Origin: Octopus vulgaris
Taxonomy: Eukaryota
Reading direction: 5' to 3'
NCBI GenBank assembly: GCA_951406725.2
Contig: OX597828.1
Coordinates: 49,972,001-50,036,000 of the forward strand
Length of the DNA stretch: 64,000 nucleotides
How positions within the stretch are numbered: position 1 is the stretch's first letter; each line of letters begins with the position of its first letter. The notes below the pieces were generated by a model. That model ran no database searches. It was not told the origin of the DNA and saw nothing but the letters and a program-made list of their open reading frames with translations. Below, piece by piece: positions 55,214-64,000 of the stretch. Position numbers and translations under genes: made by a program.

Positions 55214-56118
55214 CTAGCAGTATCGCCTGGCGTAGCTCGGGTTTGTAAGGGAAATAACTATATAAGCATTTTTAGAGATGTAAAGTAGAATAGCCATCTC
55301 AATATGGCTAACCACAAAGGAGGGGGTTACTGTAGCTTTTTACGTTCTGAGATTTAATAATAAATTTTTAGAGAGTTACTTCCTTTATATATGCCAAAAA
55401 TGCATTAAAAATGGGAAAAAATGATGGTAAATTCTTTTTAAAATCGTAGACTCATCGTAGACGCGCGCTAATACCCAGAAGGGCTCGATATGAATCACGA
55501 CTATAAGATACCTGGTTTTGGTTAAACTGCACCGCAAAATGTGGGAGTAGTTAGGAATCTAAATCGTAGGAGACAGACAGCACACAACCTCACATCTATA
55601 TATATAAAACTGTAGTTGTGTGAGTGTCTGTCCCCTTCGATTTAGATTCCTAACTACTCCCACATTTTGCCGTGCAGTTTAACCAAATTCGGGTATCTTA
55701 TAGTCGTGATTCATATCGAGCCCGTCTGAGTATTAGCGCACGTCTACGATGAGTCTACGATTTAAAAAATAATTTAACATCATTTTTTATTCCATTTTAA
55801 TGCATAATTTTTCGTGTGTCGATGGCGGTGGAGTTGGCGTCCATGGTCACACCTGCACCTGTTTGCTTCTCCCCCTTCTTCCCTCCCTCGGGAAGCTGTG
55901 GGGAAGGGAGTGTAAGGAAATCAACGTCGTAAAGCGTTGTCAAGGAGACTAGCGTTCTTTTAGAACGACTTCATGGCTTGAAGACACCAAAACAGAAATG
56001 GCTAAGAAAGCCCGAATTGGCATCTATAAGGGAAGTAACTCTCTAAAAATGCTTATATAGTTATTTCCTTTACAAACCCGAGCAACGCCGGGCGATACTG
56101 CTAGTTTATATATAAAGA
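55214..56118 (-). mobile_element. Non-autonomous Helitron (outer element)
   Basis: 5' TC at 56118-56117 preceded by A; 3' ...CCCGAGCTACGCCAGGCGATACTG-CTAG followed by T; interrupted 14 nt from its 5' end by the inner element. Confidence 0.85.
55595..56104 (+). mobile_element. Non-autonomous Helitron (inner element, same family, inverted)
   Basis: A|TCTATATATATAAAAC...CCCGAGCAACGCCGGG hairpin ...CTAG|T; no TSD and an A|T target, the canonical Helitron hallmarks. Confidence 0.88.
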
Positions 56119-56825
56119 TAAGGTACATAATAATCACACATACAAACATTCAAATACTTCCTTTGTACACGCACACACATACCCACATATACTTACACAG
56201 AGTTGAAACACTGATTTTTTTTCACCCCTTCCTTTCTCTCATTTCTCTTCTCCTTCACTGAATTACTATTTTCTCACCTCCTCCACGTCCAGTGTGATTC
56301 TAGACAAATATATAGAAACAGTTCACTCATTATTATATTAGGAGATATGAATAGATCAGATTAATGACTGTGATTTATAAATGGAAACCTACAAAGGTAT
56401 TAAGTACCTTTTTTTTTTTAATCTCTTACCCACCTTTCACTTGATTCAGTCATTTGACTGCAGCCATGCTGGGGCACCACATTAAAAGGTTTTAGTTGAA
56501 TGAATTAATCCTATGACTTATTTTTGTTTTTTAAGCCTGTTACTTAATCTATCGGTCTCTTTTGCTGAACTGTAAAGTTACTGGGATGTAAACCAACCAA
56601 CACTGGTTGTCAAGTGGTGGTGAGGGACACACATACACACACAGACACACATAGATATATAGGCGCAGGTGTGGCTGTGTAGTAAAGAAGTTTGCTTCCC
56701 AATCACATGGTTCTAGGTTCAGTCCCATTGCATGGCACCTTGGGCAAGTGTCTTCTACTATAGCCTTGGGCAGTCTAAAGCCTTGTGAGTGGATTTGGTA
56801 GACAGAAACTCAAAGAAGACCATAA

Positions 56826-56880
<55 letters not shown>

Positions 56881-57734
56881 ACAAATAAGAAAATCGAGAA
56901 AGAAATTTAGTTTGTTCATCAACTTACTGGGATGTAAACCAACTAACACTGGTTGTCAAGTGGTGGTGAGGGACACACATACACACACAGACACGCATAG
57001 ATATATAGGTGCAGGAGTGGCTGTGTGGTAAGTAGCTTGCTTACCAACCACATGGTTCCGGGTTCAGTCCCACTGCGTGGCACCTTGGGCCAGTGTCTTC
57101 TACTATGGCCTCGGGCCGACCAAAGCCTTGTGAGTGGATTTGGTAGACGGAAACTGAAAGAAGCCCGTCGTATATATGTATATATATATGTGTGTGTTTG
57201 TGTCTGTGTTTATCCCCCCAACATCGCTTGACAACCGATGCTGGTGTGTTTACATCCCCGTAACTTAGCGGTTTGGCAAAAGAGACCGATAGAATAAGTA
57301 CTAGGCTTACAAAGAATAAGTTCTGGGGTCGATGTGCTCGACTAAAGACGGTGCTCCAGCATGGCCACAGTCAAATGACTGAAACAAGTAAAAGAGTAAA
57401 AAGAGATATTATAATGTTAGATTATTTATTCATTTTACAAATGGGAACATCAAAAGCATACAAAAATATTATATAAATCAATAGATAAGATAATAATACA
57501 AATACAGATTTATGTGTGTGTATGTATGTATATATTTATGTGTGTGAGTCTTTGTGTCTGCGTCCATGCTGGAGCACCGCCTTTAGTTGGGCAACTCAAC
57601 CCCAGGACTTATTCTTTGTAAGCCTAGTACTTATTCTATCAGTCTCTCTTGCCGAACCGCTAAGTTATGGGGACATAAACATACCAGCATCGGTTGTCAA
57701 GCGATGTTGGGGGGGCAAACACACACACACACGC

Positions 57735-57765
<31 letters not shown>

Positions 57766-58505
57766 TATGACGAGCTTCTTTCAGTTTCTGTCTACCAAAT
57801 CCACTCACAAGTCTTTGGTTGGTCCAAGGCTATAGTAGAAGACACTTGCCCAAGGAACCATGCCGTGGGACTGAACCTGGAACCATGTGGTTGATAAACA
57901 AGCTACTTACCACACAGCCACTCCTGCGCCTATATATATATAGAGAGAGAGAGACATCAAGCTTTATTCAGTTTCTGTCTACAAAATCCACTCACAAGGC
58001 ATTGGTTGGCCCAGGGCTATAGTAGGAGACACCTGCCTAGGGTGGTATGCAGTAGGACTAACTCAGAACCATGTGGTTGGGAAACAAGCTCCTTACCACA
58101 CAGCCACTCCTATGTCTATGTGAATCAATTCAAAGAAACTGTGTCAAATAAGTCCTATTTTTTCAATAGTTTTTTGTACAAAAATACGTTCTCCTCTTTT
58201 ACGATACTGACTTTGACTCCAATATCTTACTTTTATATATGTTCCTAATATTCAAAGAAATTAAATATAAACCTGAGAAATGCATGTCTCAGTGGTATTT
58301 GACATTATTGACATGCAGTAAACTATTTAGTCTGGTTTGCTTCAGTGACATTTCAGCTGGACTGGCAGCAGAACCACGAAGTTGGTTGGACCATAACAAT
58401 AGTTTTTGACAAATAATACCTCTTTTTGTATTCCATTATGTGAAATAGTCAAGCATTTCTTAACGACAAAGGAAATTAAATAACACAGCCATTGATAAAA
58501 TGTTG

Positions 58506-58892
58506 GGATCTTTTAAACTTCGTATACTGGTAGAATGTGTTTATAAAACATCTTTTTCTCTTGGCTTTATTGAGAAAATTCTATAGTTTGTAAGATATTT
58601 GTTGTTTTTTTTCTTCAATTTCTGCAATTTCAACCAATCAATGACATCTATTGAGGTAATAAACATTCTGTGCCATATGAATATGTCCCTCGTTTAAGAA
58701 ACAGATTGGGTTTATTTACATTTCTGAAGAAAAAAAGATACCCTTCCCCCCACCCCCAACCCTAACTAACCCTAACCAATCCTAACCCTAAAACAGATTG
58801 AAATGCAATAGATCGATACTAGGGTCATAATTATGGGTGACAATTTCATATGACACCGCTAGAAAAAACTGCATTTCAAACCAAAAAGATCC
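58506..58892. mobile_element. MITE with an 8-bp TSD and internal (TAACCC)n-like repeats
   Basis: TIR GGATCTTTT / AAAAGATCC; TSD AAATGTTG / AAATGTTA; CCCTAA repeats at about 58755-58790. Confidence 0.7.
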
Positions 58893-59330
58893 AAATGTTA
58901 AAATCTTAATGCAAAGATTTCAGTCACGTATAGTATAATTTCATATTTATTTAAAACTACAAACTCATGGTTTTGTAGATTGCTCTTTTGAATGTTTGCA
59001 TATTCTAAAACAAATCAAAGTCTTCCTTTTTCATTAATCATTCATCTATGAAGTGAGTGGGTTAGTGCTGAGCTAATTTTGTACGTTCAGAGTTAATGAA
59101 TGGAGGTATTGAAGCATTTAATAAATGAAGATATGTATGCAAAAGAATTTAACAAAAGAAGGTATGTGACGTCTGGGGAGAGTCATTTTCTTTTTGTGCC
59201 TTATAATGTAACACACTCACCGGTAAAATTTCAACTTATTTCTTATTTTTATTTTCCTAAAATTTTCATTGCGTCTTGCAACCTTTTCAATAGACTTGAG
59301 AGTCAAGACTATTGCAAAGGTTGCGAGACC

Positions 59331-60377
59331 TATCAAAAACTTGTCCAAATTCTGGAAGACGTGGTAGTCAGTGGGGGCAAGATCAGGTGAGTATGGTGGA
59401 TGATGGAGAACTTTCTAACTCCAACGCCTGTAGTTTTGCCAATGTCATTTTTGTGATATGTGGTCTGGTATTGTCTCGCAATAAAACAGGAGTGGATCTG
59501 TTGACTAATCTAGGCTGATTTTTTGTAATTTTCAGCATCATTTGATCCAGTTGGCTGCACTATACTTTGGCCATGATTGATGAGCTAGGTTTAATGAAAT
59601 CGTAATGGATCACACCTGCGGCAGACCACCAAACACATACCATCAGCATCTTTTGATGAATTTTGCTTTTGGATTGTGTTTTGGTGGCTCACCTCTGTCC
59701 AACCATTGTGCTGAACATTTACGGTTGTTGTATTGGATCCATTTCTCATCATGTTACAATTCGCTTAAAAAATGTTTCATTTTTGTGGCATAATGCAGGT
59801 TTCCAAATGTTGCTGTTTCTGATTTTCATTGAGTTCATGTGGAACCCACTTATCCAACTTTTTCACTTTACCGATTTGAACTAGGTGAGTCAATATTGTT
59901 TGCTTGCTAACACCAAACAACAACGATAATTCATGGGCACTTTGAGATGGATCTGACTTGACAGTGGCTTTCAGTTCATCATTATCCACCTTCATTTCTG
60001 GTCAACTATGTTGCTCATTTGTGAGGTCAAAGTTACCAGAACGAAATTTTGCAAACCAATTTGATACTGTCTGCTGTGTAATAACATTGGAATGAAATAC
60101 TCCATTAATATTCTGAGCTGTCTGTGATGCTGTATTTCCAAGAAAGAACTCATATTTCAAAACTGTATGAATTTCCAACTTATCCATCTCTAAACAAAAA
60201 CAGCAAAAAACGATTTATAAATACTTTATAAAGCACAAAATGAGTTAGAATAAAGAAATACATGTGTCAGCTTTCTAACAAAAAATAAAGATTGTTAAAA
60301 TATAATAATGGTGCAAAATGAGCAGCTGTCAAAGTTTACTATTTACCTTACTACAAATTTCATACTTGACGACCTAA
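59331..60377 (-). mobile_element. Decayed mariner transposon, 3' end truncated
   Basis: HTH region (WFAKFRSGNFDL), WVPHEL motif, SPDLAPTDYHVF near 59350-59395; 5' TIR TTAGGTCGTCAAGTATGAAA next to TA; many stops and frameshifts. Confidence 0.92.
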
Positions 60378-61333
60378 TATAAAAAGATGGTATGTAGGTT
60401 GCAATATCCCTCATGTCATACCTCATGGTAAATAGTGCACTGTCAACAGAATGAAGCTTATTCCAATGTAGATTAAAACTGGTTTGGCTGGAGTTCATTA
60501 CCTCATTCTATATTTATCACAGAATTTATTTTGTTTTTACAAATGTGATGTCCATTGTTGTTAAGTTGCTCTTAGCTATATTCAATAGAATGACTGGCTG
60601 GGGGAGTGATGGGGAGAACAGCCGGAGACACCAGCTGCATAAACAGCAAATAGTTAAGTGAACGCTTGCATATATAATGTGACAGGCCAAGATAAGATGC
60701 TGATTTCTTTTTCGTCCTCACTTGGTGTCATGTGAAGCCTAATTGATGCAGATTTTTGGCTTATGATCATAAGGTCATGCGTTTTAATTCTGGGATTGGG
60801 CAGCACATTGTATCCTTGAGCAAGACCCTTCATTTCATGGTATACGAGTCCACTCAGCGGCAAACAAGGACTAACCAGGTGCTGCTGCAGCCCTTTCTCT
60901 CTCCTAAATGTGACACCTTGGTCGAGTGCAAGGGGCTTGGGAGAGAGTCTAGGTCTGCTTACAGGCCCCTAAATCAGTCAGAGAAAGCGTGGTAAATGTT
61001 ACTAAACCAGACTTGCTCCTGAAAGCTGATTAACTATCCTCCATTTAGCTACAATAATAATAATATACTAAATATCAACATATCTAGTCTAAATATATAT
61101 ATATATATATATATATACTTTTTTACTCTTTTACTTGTTTCAGTCATTTGACTGCGGCCATGCTGGAGCACCGCCTTTAGTCGAGCAAATCGACCCCGGG
61201 ACTTATTCTTTGAAAGCCCAGTACTTATTCTATCAGTCTCTTTTGCTGAACCGCTAAGTGACGGGGACGTAAACACACCAGCATCAGTTGTCAAGCAATG
61301 CTAGGGGGATAAACACCGACACAAACACACCCA

Positions 61334-61371
<38 letters not shown>

Positions 61372-61648
61372 TATGACAGGCTTCTTTCAGTTTCCGTCTA
61401 CCAAATCCACTCACAAGGCATTGGTCAGCCTGGGGCCATAGCAGAAGACACTTGCCCAAGATGCCATGCAGTGGGACTGAACCCGGAACCATGTGGTTGG
61501 TTAGCAAGCTACTTACCACACAGCTACTCCTGCGCCTATATATTGATATCTATTTTTATGTTCAGTTCCAATAAAAGGAAGTTTACATTAATCTGGTGGA
61601 TTACTCCATACTTTTGCAGAGTACAATTTCCTTCTTAGACAACAATGT

Positions 61649-61688
<40 letters not shown>

Positions 61689-62237
61689 GCGCTCACGTTG
61701 CACAAACAAAACAAACAAAAAACAAAAGACATTAAAATGTTACCATATTATCCCATACAACCAGTACATACCTGTAAACACACGTGTGTATATATATGTG
61801 TGTGTGTGTGAAGTTGCACTTGATTACATGTTAGCAGAAGCAGTTTTGTCTTTGCCTGGGTGAATATGTCCTGCTCTCCCATGTGTACAAACACTAAGGA
61901 TTTTGCTTAGCTACAAAACCAGCAATTTAGAGGCTTGGTGGATTAGACAATTACTGGTACTTGATTCTATTACCTCTGAAAGAATGGGAAGACAAAATTG
62001 AACTTAATGGTATCTGAACTCGAAACGTAAAGAACCGGAACAAATGCTTCAAGGTATTTTGTCTGACAAGCCAATTAATGAGCATCTGTTTGTCTGATCG
62101 ATTGGAGATAGCAGCTAAATCTCCTTCATGCCACACTATTTTCAAGAAAGAGGGCCACATTGGATAATGTAGAGCTCTATGTGTGTGTGTGTGTGTGTGT
62201 ATATATACATACATATTTATATATATATATATATATA

Positions 62238-62617
62238 CACTACCGTCAGAAATTAATTAGCACCCTTGATTTGCTCTTCACTCAAGGTATGTGCTGTCAC
62301 CTAGTGGCCATATCTCGAACTATTGCTTTGTTGCGAGTTCACTGTTGCGCAGAACGATGACGTAACTTTGTTTGCAGAGCAGTTTGAGAGTCTACAGCCT
62401 TATGATGTTGACATAGCAGTGCAACAACAACTTGGAGTGCGGATGCAGACAAATCTTCCTTTGTTTAATAGATATAGGTAGCGCCTCGCAAGGACCGAAA
62501 TCACACCATACTAATTTTTCTCATAGCGTAAGCTGTTTTGAACAGCTCATAGGTTAATTGATTTAACCTATTTAATGTAGAAATTTGAGAAGTGCTAATT
62601 AATTTCTGACGCAAGTG
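62238..62617. mobile_element. Tc1/mariner-type MITE
   Basis: 26-bp TIR CACT(AC/TG)CGTCAGAAATTAATTAGCAC at both ends with TA on each side. Confidence 0.85.
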
Positions 62618-63268
62618 TAAATATATATATATATAGGCACAGGAGTGGCTGTGTGGTAAGTAGCTTGCTAACTAACCACATGGTTCCGGGTTCAGTCCCA
62701 CTGCGTGGCATCTTGGGCAAGTGTCTTCTGCTATAGCCCTGGGCCGACCAATGCCTTGTGAGTGGATTTGGTAGACGGAAACTGAAAGAAGCCTGTCGTA
62801 TATATGTATATATATATATATATGTATGTGTGTTTGTGTGTCTGTGTTTGTTCCCCTAGCATTGCTTGACAACCGATGCTGGTGTGTTTACGTCCCCGTC
62901 ACTTAGCGGTTCGGCAAAAAGAGACCGATAGAATAAGTACTGGGCTTACAAAAAGAATAAGTCCTGGGGTCGAGTTGCTCGACTAAAGGCGGTGCTCCAG
63001 CATGGCCGCAGTCAAATGACTGAAACAAGTAAAAGAGTTAAAGAGTTAAAAGAGTTATATGTGTGTGTGTGTTTGTGCCCCCACCCAACATCGCTTGACA
63101 ACTGATGCTGGTGTGTTTCCCTCCCTGTAACTTAGCGGTTTGGCAAAAGAGACTGAATGACTAAGTACTAGGCTTACAAACAATAAGTCCTGGGGTCGAT
63201 TTGCTTGACTAAAGGCGGTGCTCCAGCATGGCTTCAGTCAAAACGACTGAAACAAGAGTATATATATA

Positions 63269-64000
63269 TAGGGTGCAGTGGGTAAATCAGTGCTATTTTA
63301 TACTTTTAATTTCACACATGCGCATTGTTTGTTTTTGGTTTTGGTTTTGTTGACTACACAGTATAGTAGGGACAGTTGGGCACCCTCTGTGAGAAAAGCA
63401 GCACCATGACGCAATTCACCAATTTACTCTGCCAGGAATTTGGAAACAACATGCTGTGCTGCTTGATATTCATACTGGAAGCTCCAATATGAAAAGATGG
63501 TGAACATACAGAACAACCATTGGCTTGCTGTGCCCCCCAAACATGTAGAGTGAAAGTGATAAAAATCAAACATCCAGTCAACATCATGGTATTTGGAGTG
63601 ATCATTAGTGATGGTGACATTATACCTCTATTCATCTTCCCACACAGCCTCATACACAATATGTATGTGCCTGGAGGAGGTAGTGCTGCCCTGGCACAAG
63701 AGTCAGACAATTTATGTGACCATATTACCCTTAACATCTGGCCTCCTAACTCCCCAGACAGCAACCCGCTTGATTGGTATGTGTAGGGTGCTGTTGAGTG
63801 AGAGACCAACAAAACTCTTTGTGACACCACAGATGAACTAAAGGCAAGGATTATGGCAGCATTCACCAACTTAAATAAAGTGACTGTCCAAAAGAGTTCC
63901 AGGAGATTCCGAAGTTGTCTAGAGGCTGTGGTTAAATCAATGGCGATTTTACTGAATAAATTTAGTATTTCAAGATATTTTTATGTAATTTTGGTAAATA
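63269..64000 (+). mobile_element. Internally deleted Tc1/mariner-superfamily (maT/DD37D-like) transposase relic, running off the window
   Basis: KHPVNIMVFGVI.SDG and WPPNSPDSNPLDWYV*GAVE...DELKARIMAAF motifs; starts next to a (TA)n tract. Confidence 0.8.

Overview
AT-rich, microsatellite- and SINE-dense animal genomic DNA whose repeat landscape is typical of an octopus (coleoid cephalopod) genome; the taxon is inferred, not shown. One protein-coding gene can be fully reconstructed on the minus strand: UAP1 (UDP-N-acetylhexosamine pyrophosphorylase), 9 coding exons from 39408 down to 10461, all with GT-AG introns and matching phases, 1467 nt = 488 aa, with a likely poly(A) signal at 10175-10180 and a CpG-rich promoter/non-coding first-exon region at about 46-49.5 kb. 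The rest is transposon-derived: at least three tRNA-derived SINE families, RTE LINE fragments and 3' tails, CR1/L2 relics, mariner, Tc1/maT-like and hAT relics, several MITEs and two nested non-autonomous Helitrons. The most notable unannotated signal is a set of six loci with hammerhead-ribozyme (HHR) architecture in short Penelope-like repeats, mostly arranged as inverted arms. One has a tRNA-like Pol III head, one has a roughly 94-nt stem II loop and lies on the sense strand of a UAP1 intron, and one has a U3-A8 core variant. Also notable are a Helitron inserted in inverted orientation into its own family's 5' end, a SINE-born 104/106-bp minisatellite with dimeric structure, MITEs carrying telomere-type repeats and an intronic tRNA-Gly(TCC) pseudogene. 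Repeat family names come from recalled motifs and need database confirmation.
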